NCBI RefSeq assembly: GCF_009914755.1
Contig: NC_060925.1
DNA from: the human T2T-CHM13v2.0 reference genome, Homo sapiens
Length of the DNA stretch: 64,000 nucleotides
Strand: one strand, 5' to 3'
Part shown: one piece after another, positions 16,484 through 29,379 of the stretch
How positions within the stretch are numbered: position 1 is the stretch's first letter
Layout: each line of letters opens with the position of its first letter
Notes under the pieces: generated by a model
Database searches by the model: none
Told to the model about the DNA's origin: nothing
The model's input: the letters and a program-made list of their open reading frames with translations, nothing else
Position numbers and translations under genes: made by a program

Positions 16484-17503
16484 TAAACCTCAGTTTTCTA
16501 GTCTGTAAACCTCCATTTTCTAATCTGTACCTGCCTGGCTGGGTTACTGTGAAGATTAAATGAGAAAATGTGCACATGGCTTTTAACACAGGACCTCCGC
16601 CATCATAAGTGCTCAATAAACATTACTTACTGTTTTTACCTCTAAATTAAGTATCATTGTCCTCAGTCCCAAAGTGAGACAAATTATATGCTAAAGAGAT
16701 ATGATAGCACCTAGAAGGAAGGAGAAAAAAAATCAAGCACAGTGTCCCATTCCACTGCTGGAAGCCACCAGGAAGACAGTACTATCTACACAACTCTCTG
16801 TCTCCTAAAGGAATTCTGGGCATAGTCTGGGTGTTTCAGCCAGGCCCCTCCCAAGAGAAGTTCAAGGTTGAACCCAACCTGCTGGACCACAGGGAGTCTC
16901 CTAATCCCAGCCACACATTCCCCAGAGCAGGTGCCACAAGCCCAGAGACAAGTCACCATGGGAAGGTGGATGTCAGGGCAGCTGAGCCCTGAGGGTCTTG
17001 GTAATGAAAAACTCCCCACCAACACTATCACTGGTCCTGCTTCCCTTTTTGAATTGGATGCTAAGGAGCCTAGAGCTAAATTTACAGCCCATCTTTAGCA
17101 AGCACATAATACTTCACTTCATACATTTGGTGTGGAAACCTCCATCTACAATTCCTGCTGTTATTTTCTGTTTGTCTCATTTCCTCTCACTTGTTTTAAT
17201 GTACTTTACGCTGCCTTAAATCCATTTTGGAACAAGGTGGGGAATAGATAAATACATCCTAACTGTATTTAAACAGCTTTCCATTGTATATGTATATATT
17301 CTTGTGTATCTCTTTTCTAAAAATTACTGCCTGCTGATGCCTGCAAATGGCTGTGTTTGCGTGTGCTAATTGTGTAACTGACTGGATTTAAAATTGAGAG
17401 CTTTGATGAGTACCCAGGAAGCAAGGAAACAGGGTGTTTTCATTTTCAGTATAAAAGGGAGGGTTGGGCCCAGGTGTCTGCCTTAAGAATAGTCAGTTTA
17501 AGG

Positions 17504-17733
17504 CAATGGTTCTCAACTGGGGCCAGTTTTCCCTCCCAGGGGGGCGCTTTTGGCAATCTCTGGAGGCATTTTTGGTTATCACAACTTAGAGGGCAGGCAT
17601 CCGGCATTGCTACTGGCATCTAGCACGTAGAGGCCAGGGATACTGCTAAACATTCTACAATGCACAGGACAGGCCCCTCAACCAAGAGGCACCCGGGCTA
17701 AATCATCAATAGTGATGAGGCTGAGAAACCCTG
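17504..17733 (+). mobile_element. MER20 hAT-Charlie element
   Basis: caatggttctcaac...tttggcaatctctggag...ctgagaaaccctg, full length with terminal inverted repeats (TIRs). Confidence 0.9.
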
Positions 17734-18009
17734 ACTTCAAGGTAGAGGAGTTCTAGAAGGAAGAAGGAGCAGAGGCTTGCAGGTACCAAGGCTGCTCTGG
17801 GAACCCTCAGGGCAGCCTTCCTGAACCGGGCCAGGAAGAGGAAACAGTGGAGAGGGCCCCAGCTCCTCAGTTACCAGGAGAACCCGGAATCTCTTACTGG
17901 GCCATGAGAGAAACAAGAACAACTCATGAATGAAACAGATTCCTCAGGTGTCCAGGAGGAGTGAGGCTTTTGTTGTCTAGGAAGGGGGAGCCTTTCATCT
18001 GACACAAGA

Positions 18010-18014
<5 letters not shown>

Positions 18015-18045
<31 letters not shown>

Positions 18046-18375
18046 CAGGGTCTCACTCTGTCATCCAGGCTGGAGTGCAATGGTGCAATGTAGGCTTACT
18101 GCAGCCTCAACCTCTGAGGACCATCTGCTACACTCAGTCCACCAATTCAAATGCTAATCTCTCTGGGGCCCAAGGGATCCTCCTACCTCAGCCTCCTGAG
18201 TAGCTGAGAGCACAAGTGTGCACCGCCATGCATGGCTTATTTATTTATTTATTTTTGTAGAGATGAGGGTTTTCCTGTGTTGCCCAGGCTAGTCTTGAAC
18301 TCCTGGGCTGAAGCGATTCTCCTGCCTTGGCTCCCCAAACTGCTGGGTTGAAGGTGTGAGCTGCTGCACTTGACC
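18015..18375 (-). mobile_element. AluJ carrying a 48-bp foreign insert at 18116-18163
   Basis: Reverse-complement AluJ interrupted at aacctct|...|ggggcccaag. Confidence 0.9.
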
Positions 18376-18767
18376 TCAGCAGCAGATGTCTTCTAGTTGC
18401 CCCTGCTCCTCCTCCACTGAGATCTCTGCCTCAAGAAGCTTCCAGTTTTGTTCAGCCCCAGCAGAGGATAAGAAGGCAAAGAAAACTGAAGAAGGGACAT
18501 TGATTTCCTGGCCCCTCTCCATGGGGCTGCCTCAGGTCAGCTGAGTTCCTCCACTGAAGTCACAGCTCCTCTCAAAGGGTCCCTCTCCATAATAATATTT
18601 CCTTACAGACTCTGGTAATGACTTAATGTCATCTTCTTTCATCCTTCTAGGTTAGGGATGGTCACAGCCCCCCATTTGACTAGTGCTGGCATATTATGCC
18701 ATGTCTCATGGTTTCCCCATAGCCTGCTGTATTAGGATTCTCCAGAGAAACAGAACCAAGAGGAGAC

Positions 18768-19228
18768 AGATAGATAGATAGATAGATAGAGAGATAGATA
18801 GGTAGATAGATAGATAATAGATAATTAGATAGATATATGATATATTATTAGATAGATGATATAGATAGATATATAATTAGGTAGATAGATGATAGATACA
18901 CAGATGGACAGATAGATTACACAGATACTAGATAGGTAGATAGATGATAGAAAGATAAATAGATTACATAGATGATAAATAGATGAGATAGATAGAGAGA
19001 TAGATAGATAATAATTAGATAGATATATGATATATTATTAGATAGATGATATAGATAGATATATAATTAGGTAGATAGATGATAGATACACAGATGGACA
19101 GATAGATTACACAGATACTAGATAGGTAGATAGATGATAGAAAGATAAATAGATTACATAGATGATAAATAGATATGATAGAAAGATAAATAGATTACAT
19201 AGATGATAAATAGATGAGATAGATAGAT

Positions 19229-19267
<39 letters not shown>
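18768..19267 (+). repeat. Complex (GATA)n repeat with a 190-bp higher-order duplication
   Basis: 18821-18984 is identical to 19011-19174. Confidence 0.95.
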
Positions 19268-19623
19268 TGATATAGTTTGGCTGTGTCCCCACCCAAATCT
19301 CATCTTGAATTGTAGCTCCCATAATCCCCACATGTCATGGGAGGGACCCAGTGCGAGGTAATTGAATCATGGGAGTGGGTTTTTCTCAAGCTGTTCTTGT
19401 TAATCAGTCTCACGAGATCTGATGGTTTATAAAGGGTAGTTCCCTTGCACACTCTCTTTTGCCTGCCACCATGTAAGATGTGCCTTTGCTCCTCCTTTGC
19501 CTTCCACTATGATTTGAGGCCTCCCCAGCCATGTGGAACCATGAGTCCATTAAATCTCTTTTTCTTTATAAATTACCCAGTGTCAGGTATTTCTTCATAG
19601 CAGTATGAAAATGGACTAATCCA
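19268..19623 (+). mobile_element. THE1 (C/D-like) MaLR LTR
   Basis: tgatatagtttggctgtgtccccacccaaatctcatcttgaattgtagctccc...ggactaatcca; TSD GATAG. Confidence 0.9.
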
Positions 19624-22600
19624 GATAGATAGATAGATAGATGATAGATAGATAGATAATATATAGATAAATATTGGCTCACACAATTATGGGGGCTGAG
19701 AACCTCCACTGTCTGCTGTGTGCAAGCTGGAGACCCAGGAAAGCCTGATGTAGTTTGAAGGCCTGGGAAGTGGAGGGCCTGATGATGTAGATTCCAGTCC
19801 AAGTATGAAGACTTGAGAACCAGAAGTGCCAAGGGCAGTAGAAGATCAATGTCCCAGCTCAAGCTGTAAGGCAAAAAATGATTTCAACCTTCCTCCATGT
19901 TAGTATTCCGTTCAGGTCGTCCATGGACTGGATGGGCCCACCCATATGAGGGAGGACCATCTGCTACACTCAGTCCACCAATTCAAATGCTAATCTCTCC
20001 TGGAAACAACCTCATAGACACACCCAGAAATCATGCTTAACTAGATAGCTGGGCATCCCATGATCCAGTCAAATTGACACATAAAATTAACCATCACACC
20101 TGCCTATACCTCATAAATAGTCCCTTTATTAAACTTTCCTCAAATTCTCCTAATTTGAGTGTGCCATCTGTTTCCTTCAGGGATCTTAGATGATACACAT
20201 TCATTCATTTGTTTATCAAATGTTCATTGAATGCCTCCTGTGTGTTTAGACACTGTTTTAGGTGCTTTGGCTACACAGATAAAGAAAATAAACCTCCCTG
20301 TTCACTGTCCCCTCACCTTCTAGACAGCACAGAGTAGCGCCTGAGTCTGCCTCGCTTCTCGCTGGACAGTGTCACTGTGCCTGCCTCAGCTCCATGCCTG
20401 AAGAGTGTACGGCCTGAGTGAGGGCTGCTCAGAGGCCAGCTGGGCAGCATGCAGAGGTGATGGGCCCAGGGCAGCAGGCAGCAGGCCATAGCCCTGACTT
20501 TCATGGCTCTGCCACCAGCCAGCTCTGCACCCTTGAGCAAGCCCCTTGGCGTCTTTGGTTTTCATTTTCCTTGTTTCCAAGGTGAGTGACTGCACTAGAA
20601 AACCGATTTGCAGATTTCTTGTATTTGGAATGAGAATTTCCTGGTCTGAGTTGTGCCCAAATCCTGTGTTGGGGGCAGCAGAAGCAGGCATTGTGTGCCA
20701 GTTGTATACATCCTAAACATTCCAGAAGGAGCCCTGGTGAGGGTGAGAGAAGGCTGAGATTTCCAGGTCCTGCTGTTTGCTGTCGGAGCTAAGGCCCCTG
20801 CTTACCTTCTGGGGTACAGAGGTAGGGCAAGTTCCTCTGGGTCCTCTGTGTATCCCTGACTCCCTCACCCCTGCCATGCCAACCACTCCTTTCTCTCAGG
20901 GCTCTATCTGTTCTTCTAGGTCCAGGTACTGCAGGCTAGGAAGCTGCAAGGGTGCAGGGAAGGCAGTCCCTGGTCCCCTCAGCACGCCCAGTGTGGCCTT
21001 GCCGGTGCCAGCTGGCAGGCCCAAGCAACTTAGGCAACCATATACACAAAGCTTTCTGGATGCTACCAGCCAGCAGGGCCTGCCAGAGGCAAATGGTCTC
21101 CCCTGCCTTGAGGCAGTGTTGCATCCAGCCATCTCAGACTTGCAGGCATGTCTTCTGCTCTGATAGACCTTCAGGGCTGGACCCCAGCAACCTCATTTTA
21201 GAAAGCCAGTAGAGATTGAAGAATGGGTAACTGGGCCACCAGCAGTGAGCAGTGATCCATGCTGGGAATGAGTAAGCAAACATTTGGTGAGTCCCCTGCC
21301 AACCACTCCTTTCATTGTGCCAGGCACCTTAATAGACAGCATCTCACTTAACCCCACAACTCCTTGGTGAGTTGGGTAATCATACAGCCCTTCATGGATA
21401 AAGACACTGATCTTAGAGAGGAAAGTGACTTTCCCAGGGTCACACAGCCAGCAAATGGAAGAGCAAGGATTTGAACCCAGGACATTGGGCTCTAAACCCA
21501 GAGAGCTTCCCATTATATCATATGCATCTCACTGTACAGAGACAACACTCTGTTCCCCAACCGCAGCTCCACCCTGCTGCAGGATCTGGTCCCTAATCTG
21601 ACTCCTTGGTCCCATGGGAAATGGTAAAGTTAAAATGGGAGCTGCTGCTTTTCAGCATCTAATCTATCAGGACTCTCTAGGCTCTCAAGTGCCTTCGAGC
21701 CAGTCAGTTTAAGAGATGGGGGCCCCTTCAGGAGAGCAACACCCCTGAGGGCCTGCCCTTTGGCACGTAGCCTTCTGGCTAAGGCCCACCCCAACTAATG
21801 CTGCGCAGACAGATGGTCAGGTCCTGCGGACATCTTCTCCTGACATCTTCTAGTGAAGAGAGAGAAGGACAACAGGGGCACTGGCCCAGGGTCTAAGCAA
21901 TCTCCTATCAGCCTTGCATCCGCCTGGGCTGTGGCTGTAGCAGGTGAATTTTGCTAACCCATCAATCAGGGACAAGGCTACTTTCTCCTTTTGAGTCTGC
22001 AAGAGCCCAAAGGTGAGAAAATGCTCTTTTCTTTCCACCTAACTTCTTTTCTAGGCTAGGATGGGAGATTCCCTCCTTCTCCCACCTCTCTATCTCTTCC
22101 TTTCTTCATTTTTTCTCTTCCATCCATATCTTAACCCCCCTCTCCAATACAGACTTAGTTATCAACTTCCCTTTTGCTCTCAAGAACCCAGTGCATGCTT
22201 TATCATGGCCTTATCATCTGGCGCTATAATTGCAACTTATTGTCTGTCTCCTCCAGCCTCGGAGCTCATAGCTCTGCCCTGGCCCAATGCCTGGCAGAGT
22301 AAGGGTCCCATACAAAGAACCCTTGGGAGACCCCAGTGCCTCTGTTTGCTTCTGTCCACTGGTGTTATGAACTGCCTGCTCTGTGCCTGGCTCTGGGCTT
22401 GGGACTAGAAGAGACTTCTTGGCACTAGAAGAGGGAGGAACCAGAAGACTGGTCTCTGCCTTTGAGGCTTATGGACTACACATCAAGACCCTCCTACTAC
22501 CATCAGGAAGGGCTTGTACAGTAATCTAAAAAATATTATTTAGCCTTGCAGAAGGAAGAGATCAGTGAGGACAGAAGTTATTAGAGAAGGCATTGAGGAA

Positions 22601-22978
22601 AAGGTGGAATCCTGAAGAATGTGGGAAGTTGGATCAGTGAAGAGGTGGAAAGGAGAGGGCACAGTCAGGGCAGGGTAAATGGAAGTGACTAGTCTGGCCA
22701 GGTCAGGCTCAGCTCTGGAGAGAGGTGGGAGAGGATGTAAGGTAGATTCCTGTTTAGTCCCTGCATGTCAAGCACCTACTATGTGCTGCACACTAATTGA
22801 GGCGCTTCACATACAGGCTCTCGCCTGCTCCTGAGAGCAGACCTATGGGGGAAGGCAGAGCAGGTAGATAGCAGGGGATGTAGAAGCTCTGAGCAGTTCA
22901 GCAAACTATTCAAGGTCAAAAGACAAAGGTACAAAGTCAAAATCTAAACCAAGCCCTTCTGGTTTTGTGGTACTGGGC

Positions 22979-23340
22979 TGCATTACTCCATTCAGGCTAC
23001 TATAACAACCTACCATAGATCTGGTGGCTTCTCAACCACAGAAATGTAGTTCTCACTCTTCTGCAGGCTGGGAAGTCCAGGATGAAGGTGGTGGTGGATT
23101 TGATGTCTGGGGAGGCCTGCTTCTGGTTCACAGATGGCCATCTTCCTACTTTAACCTCACTTGGTGGAAGTGGTGAGGGAGCTTTCCAGGGTCTCTTACA
23201 TAAGGGCTAATCCCATCCATGAGGACTCTGCCCTCATGACCCAATCACCTGCCGAAGACCCCACCTCCTGATACCCTTACATTGGGGGTTAGGATTTCTT
23301 CATTCACTTTATGAGAGACACAAACATTCACTGCACTGCA
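22979..23340 (-). mobile_element. MLT1A-type MaLR LTR
   Basis: ggctactataacaacctaccatag...ctcatgacccaatcacct...acacaaacattca. Confidence 0.8.
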
Positions 23341-23384
23341 CGATGCTCAATGGATGATGGCAGTGGTAGAACAGGAGCTGGACA

Positions 23385-23500
23385 TTCATGCATTCATTCA
23401 ACAAGTATTTCTTGAACACCTAATAGCTGGGTGCTGGGGCTATGCCAGTGAGCAAGACAGGTACAGTTCTGCCTGCATGGTGCCTGCAGTCTAGCAAGGA
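23385..23500 (-). mobile_element. L2 3' end
   Basis: cattcattcaacaagtatttcttgaacacct. Confidence 0.7.
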
Positions 23501-23765
23501 GGCGGGCTTCAGATTTCAAGAATTATAAAAATATTTATATGGATGTAATTTAAATATGTATTTTTTGTAAACATAAACCTTGTTTTAAAAATAAGACATA
23601 TATATATATAACTTTGAACAAAAAGCACAGGGTTCTATGACAGCAAGTAACATGTACCAGTGGGTTCAGAGTTCTCTATAGAAGGTACTTAAGGACGATC
23701 CTTGGAGGGGGCTAGGGATCTTTTCTTAAAGCTTTATTGCATAGCAAGCACTTTGTTCTCATATA

Positions 23766-23941
23766 CAGTGGTGTGCTGGTAAATGTTGAGCAACCTGCTG
23801 GGGGATGGGGAGAATGATTTGTAGTGTGTGCCAGTTTCCTTAGTGTGGAGGCTCCCTTCATGGCCAATTTCATGCTACCAATGTGAAATCTGAAAGCAGC
23901 ATTGAGAACAGATGCACACAATCAGCTCTGGCACACCACTG
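23766..23941. mobile_element. MER63/MER81-like hAT MITE
   Basis: Perfect TIRs CAGTGGTGTGC...GCACACCACTG. Confidence 0.75.
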
Positions 23942-26900
23942 AATTATGCTTATTGGGGTGGGGGGCTTTGAAGGGATTGATGGAGATTATGGGGCTCTAA
24001 AGCACCCCCAAGCTTCTCCTTAGTGCTGCCTCTGGGCTATCCTACTCTGGAGACACAGAGAGGATTGAGCCTGGCCTCCTCCCTGGGCCATGTTTGGGGA
24101 CTGTGCTCTAGGTCACCTGCTGACCCCTGCAGATGAGCACGGAGTCCCAGCCTTGGTACTCTCCAGAACCCGTGCTCCCAATCAGGGTGTCAGATCTGGT
24201 GAGGTTCCTTCCAGGCCCCCGTACTGTCCACACACGGCACAGTGCCTCTCATGCATCTTCAAAACACTCTGCAGCAGGTGGCCAGGGTGAGCGAGATGTC
24301 CCTGCAGACAGCATTTGTGACATTGACAATGTTTGTGGTATGTGGGTTGATTGGACAGGCAGTTGCCTCATAAAGAAAAGAGAGTTGGTCTTGGAGCCAA
24401 GAACTTGAATTTGAATCCCAGTTCTGCTGCTTATGGCTCTGGAACTACAGATAAGGCAGGTCACTATTCTAAGCCTCATTCTCCTCCTGTGGGAGTTGAG
24501 GAAATGGGTGGTATTAACCCCTGGACATTGTGGAGGGCAGAATGAGATGGCATCTATGAAAGCATCTGCTTGGTGCTGGGTACGTAGAGCTTGAGTTCTG
24601 GGTCTTCATGTTTAGTTAACTATAATCCATGGTGACATTTACATCCCACCGAGTCACAGAGTCACAGAATCTGGGCATTGGGGTGGGCTGAAGGGGTTGT
24701 AGATTTCTTCTTCCCACCCTATTAAGAACTCCTTTTACAGTATCCCTGATGGTGGCCACCTTGTCTGTGCTTGATTAAGTCTAGAGGTTGAAGTTGGCTA
24801 CATCTTGGAGACCCAGACAGCACTCAGGGTTAGAAAGTTCTTCCTTTCTCTGTGTCCATCAGCAGGCCTTCCCCTGCATACTCACATATACTCTGACACA
24901 CGTCAGTAGGAGCATAAATATTTATGACATGTAGCTAATGCAGTCGGCTTATAGGATTCCCAGAGCTTCAGATGGGAGATTTTTGCACGAGAAGCCCTTT
25001 ATCTGGGGAGGGGTTCTGGATGGGGTAGCGGCAGATGCAGGCTCAGAGATGCTCCTCTTGGCTTCTCTGAGTGTTCTGGAAGCCTGCCCTTCACTGCGGC
25101 AGCCCAAGTGTCTGAATTTGCAAGGAAGGTTAGCTGGCAGCTGCCACTGTGGGCTCTGAGCACTGAGAATCAGCCAGCCTTCGGAAGCTTTCACTCAAGA
25201 AGCCCCTCCTGGGCTCTGCAGGACCAGGCCTCAGGAGGATGGATCCCCGGTCAGAGGGTCTAAAGTGCTTCTCACCCTGGCCTCCTTGAGGCGGAGCCCT
25301 TTGAGAGGGTAGAGCAAAGGGCACTTACACTCACCCTCACTGGCTTCTAGATTTCCTCCAGAGCTGATTGCCGGAAGGAAGTCTTAGATGACTGCCTCTA
25401 ACCCTCAAAAGGGCCCCTGGTAAAGTCACCCCAGCACATAGCCCACACACCAGGAACTGCAAATATTACAAAGACTTCAAATAGTGTAGCTCAGGGTTCA
25501 TCCACACATAGGGTCAGTTCCTCCCATGGCTGGCTGGTCAGTGCCCACCATGTGGCTGTATCATCCTCTAGACTTGGGGGTGGGGCTGGGGGTGAGGAGT
25601 GGTGGGCAAAGGAGTGAGAGAGCTGGACTCCCTGGAGAGCAATCAGGCTTGGGCATGAGGGTGCTCCTGCCCAGTGGGATCTTTTCTGGGGAGCATCAGC
25701 AGGGTAGAGCTCGGGCTAGCCTGGCCATTGGAGCCTGTGCCCAGCCTGATCTGGAGAGGGAACTGGAGAGGAGAGTGCTCCCTGGAAGGGAGGAGAATGG
25801 CTTCCAGCTGGACTCTTGATGAGGCAGGATTTAGTCACCCCAGAGCCCCACTTCCAATCCTCTCCAAACCTGCACGCTGAACTGCTACCTCTCCCTTCAG
25901 GGTCTTACACTCTGCACATCTATTTTACCAGGATCTAAACTCATTCCTTTTGCACCTTTGATGAAACCGGTCTCCTTTCTCCGACCTTGGACAGCTAGGC
26001 TGAGAAAAGGGAGAGAGCAGAGTATCCAGGCTGAAAAAGACTAGCTGTGTGAGCTGGACTGGGAGCCCCAGGCTCTCATTCACCTTTAAACCTGAGCCAG
26101 AGAACCATCTCCTCCAGAAAGTCCCTCATCCCCCCACCCACAAAACCAGTGCAATTCCCCCACCCTCTGTTCTCCTAGCACCCTGGTCAGCTCCCGATCG
26201 ATCACTGCTAACAACATTGCATTAATTTTGTTCATGTGACTGTTTTCTCCAAAAGACTGTAAGCTCTTTAAGAGCAGCATCTGCACACTGTTTGTCTATC
26301 TTTGAACTCAGAGTGCTGCCAGGGTTCAACACATAACTATTCATAAATATATAGTGAAAGTTTCCCTGAACTTGAGAAGTTCACAAAGGAAAATTTAAGC
26401 CTCAGTGTACACATATTCATGGTTAAGGTAGGGGTGGGATTAAAGTGCGGTAAGAAAGAAGAGACCTGCCTACATTTTTACATTTTCCAGGGGGCTGGTA
26501 GGATGAAGCTGAGGAACTGGGGCTGCAATGATGGAAGAAGGTGCGGGGTTCTGAACTCCTGGGCACACGACCAGCTACAGGCCACTCCCTCTGCCTGTGT
26601 GTTATTTCCACAGTGGGAGAGGACCATGGTCTTGTGGCATAGAAAGCAACTAGACCTCCAGGACCAAGTGTTAGTATCCACTGGGTGACCAATAAAAGCA
26701 GTAGTGATGTTTTTCTGTGTTGAGTGACCTTCCATCCATCACCTGGGAACTCAAGATATCTCTCTGGGGTTCCCACTCTGCTCTCAGCACTGAGCCACCA
26801 CAGAGATGAGCAAAATCCAGGCCCCTACCTTCTAGGAGCTCCCGGTGTAGCTGGGGTGAGACTCCTAGTGCTTTGATGGGAAATTTGCCAGGGTATAATT

Positions 26901-27059
26901 ACAGAATGCATTGTGTGGTGTGACCATGAGTGTTCTGGGAGGTCAGGGAAGACAGGAATGACTCTTTACCAAAGGCAGATGGCATTCTTGGTGATAGAAA
27001 GAAGTACAACACAATTCTCATGGTAGATGTAGACAAGCAACAAACGCACAGAGCAGCAT

Positions 27060-27200
27060 AAATAGAAAAGAAGAAAGGAAGGAAGAAAAAGGAAAAAAGG
27101 CAGGAAGCAGGAAGAAAGAAAAGGAAAAAACAGAAAGAAAAAGAAAGGGAAAGAAGGAAGGAAGGAAGGGAGGGAAGGAGGGAGGGAGGGAGGGAAGGAA
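27060..27200 (+). repeat. GA-rich low-complexity / (GGAA)n tract
   Basis: Nearly pure purine tract. Confidence 0.9.
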
Positions 27201-27656
27201 CATTCCACAAGTTACATGTTGACAGCAGGGAGAGGCCACCTCTATGGGCTTGAGAGAAGGAGTCAGAAGCTTGAATGAGCCTTGAAGAAAAGAAAGTATT
27301 TAATTAGGGAGAGAAATGCAGAAGCAGCAGGGCAGATCCAAAGATACATGGGTCACTGAAGAGATGGGAATGTGGGTGCTTGGTCTGTGCCTAGAGACTT
27401 GCCTCCCTGTCAATGAATTTTTTTGAAGAGTTTGAAGTTAATGCATGCACACCATAAAGAATTAAAACAGTGTAAAACTAGTATTGATTGAAAATCTAAG
27501 CTCCCTCCCAGCCTGACTCTTGGCCCACAGTTCCCTTCTCATGTTAAGCTGGTACCTGTCTCATGGGTTATCTTTCCAGATATTTCTAGGGATATAAAAG
27601 CTTATATTTTAATGCAAATAGCCACATACTACACATAGTGTTCTATATCTTGTTGG

Positions 27657-27823
27657 TTTTTTTAAAGAGATGGGGTCTTGCTATGTTGCTCAGACTGGAG
27701 TGCAGTGGCTATTCACAAGTGCAGTCATAGGACACTGTGGCCTCTAGCACTTGGCCTCAAGCAATCCTCCCATCTTGGCCTCCCCAGTAGCTTGGACTAC
27801 AAGTATGTGCCACAACACCCAGC
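27657..27823 (-). mobile_element. Alu monomer (FRAM/AluJ arm)
   Basis: Reverse-complement Alu right arm. Confidence 0.8.
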
Positions 27824-28366
27824 TTGTTGATCTTTTCCTTACTGATTGGTAGGAGCTTTTACTCATTAAAGGAACCATTTGTTCATGATGTTGCAAATAT
27901 TTTCTCACTCTGTCATTCATGCTTTTACTTTTTTATGGTGGTTTTTGCTACCATAGTAGAAATGTATGATCTGAGCTTATCAGTTTTTTCTTTTATGACT
28001 TCAGGGCTTGAACCATACTTAGATTGTGCACACTTCAAGATTATAAAAATATGCTCCCAGATTTTCTTTTGATACTTGTATAGGTTCAATTTTATTTTAA
28101 AATATTTGATTAGTGATCTAGTACTAGTTTTTCTTTTTGACTTTTGCTTGTTTAAATTTTTTATTTAATCCTAAATTTATTTTTAATTATTATGGATACA
28201 TAGTAGTTGCACATATTTAGAAGTAGTTTCAATTTTAGGAATGATTCTGCTTTTTTAAGTTACAATCTATCTTGGATTTCATCCTTACCATTTTATGAAA
28301 GTCATCTCATTCTTTTTCACTGTGTTAATAGTTACTCTATCACATGGACTTACTATAATTCATTAA

Positions 28367-28638
28367 GTGTGGTAACTCATGACTGTAATCTCAGCATTTA
28401 GGGAGGATCACTTGAGGCTAGGAGTTTGAGGTCAGCCTAGGCAACATTAAGACCCCCATCTCTAAAAAAAAATAAAAAATAAATTAGCCAGGAGTGGTGG
28501 CACATGCCTGTAGTCCCAGCTACTCAGGAGACTGAGGTAGGAGGATCACCTGAGCCCAGGAGTTTTTCAGTGACTTATGATTGTGCCACTGTGCTCCAAC
28601 CTGAGCAAGAGTGAGACCCCACCTGTTTAAAATAAAAG
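28367..28638 (+). mobile_element. AluJ-type element
   Basis: Diverged Alu dimer. Confidence 0.85.
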
Positions 28639-28644
28639 GGGAAT

Positions 28645-29240
28645 AAGGCTGGAAGCATCACACTATCTGACTATACTACAAACGTAAAATGCACTACAAA
28701 GCAATAGCAATCAAAACAGCATGGTACTTACTCGCAGAAAAACAGACACACAAAACAACAGAACAGAATAGAGAGACCAAGAATAAATCTATGCTCTTAC
28801 AGCCAACTGATTTCCAACAAAGGCATCAAGAACACACATTGGGCAAAGGCCAATCTATCCAATAAAGGGTGCTGAGAAAACTGGATATTCATATGCAGAA
28901 AAATGAAACCAGACTCCCTATCTCTCACCATGTCCAAAAATCAAATAGAGACGGATTAAAAACCAATGTAAGGCCCGAAACTGTGAAACTACTGGAAGAA
29001 AATTGGGGAACCCCTTCATGACATTGGTCTGGGCAAGGATTTTTTGAATAAGACCAAAAAAGCACACGCAACAAAAGCAAAAACAGGCAAATAGGATTCC
29101 ATTAAACTAACAAGCTTCTGCACAACAAAGGAAATGATCAGCAGAGTGAAGTGACGACCTACAGAATGGGAGAAAACATTCATATACTTCGCATCTGACA
29201 AGGGGTTAATATCCAGGACACACACGGAACTCAAAGAATT
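28645..29240 (+). mobile_element. L1MA ORF2 fragment
   Basis: aaaacagcatggtac...aaactggatattcatatgcagaa...acctacagaatgggagaaaa. Confidence 0.85.
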
Positions 29241-29379
29241 GTAAGTCTTAAACGATGGCTTTAAACAAATTTTGTGAAAATTTAACCATCAGGTCTGGTA
29301 TAAGCCAGCTCCAGGACACCACTGGAAGGGTTCCTGTTTTGGAAGCTGGACTCTGTCCTCCTCTTGGAGCCCTCGGAGA

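Larger units (their letters stand above)
18728..20098 (-). mobile_element. MLT2 (ERVL) LTR containing a GATA repeat and THE1
   Basis: tgtattaggattctccagagaaacagaacc...ttgacacataaaattaaccatcaca; 5-bp TSD CCTGC. Confidence 0.85.
18400..20197 (+). mobile_element. LTR33-like solo LTR, split by MLT2
   Basis: 3' end aaatagtccctttattaaact...gtgtgccatctgtttcc...gataca; left part about 18400-18727. Confidence 0.6.

Noticed and set aside
17530-17630. CTCF site in MER20
   Set aside because: The usual MER20 motif (CTGGCATCTAGTGG) is mutated here to CTGGCATCTAGCAC, and CCCAGGGGGGCGC fits the core poorly
18768-19267. CRISPR-like or other prokaryotic repeat array
   Set aside because: Simple GATA tandem repeat without unique spacers in primate DNA; no prokaryotic features, tRNA or rRNA genes were seen in the window
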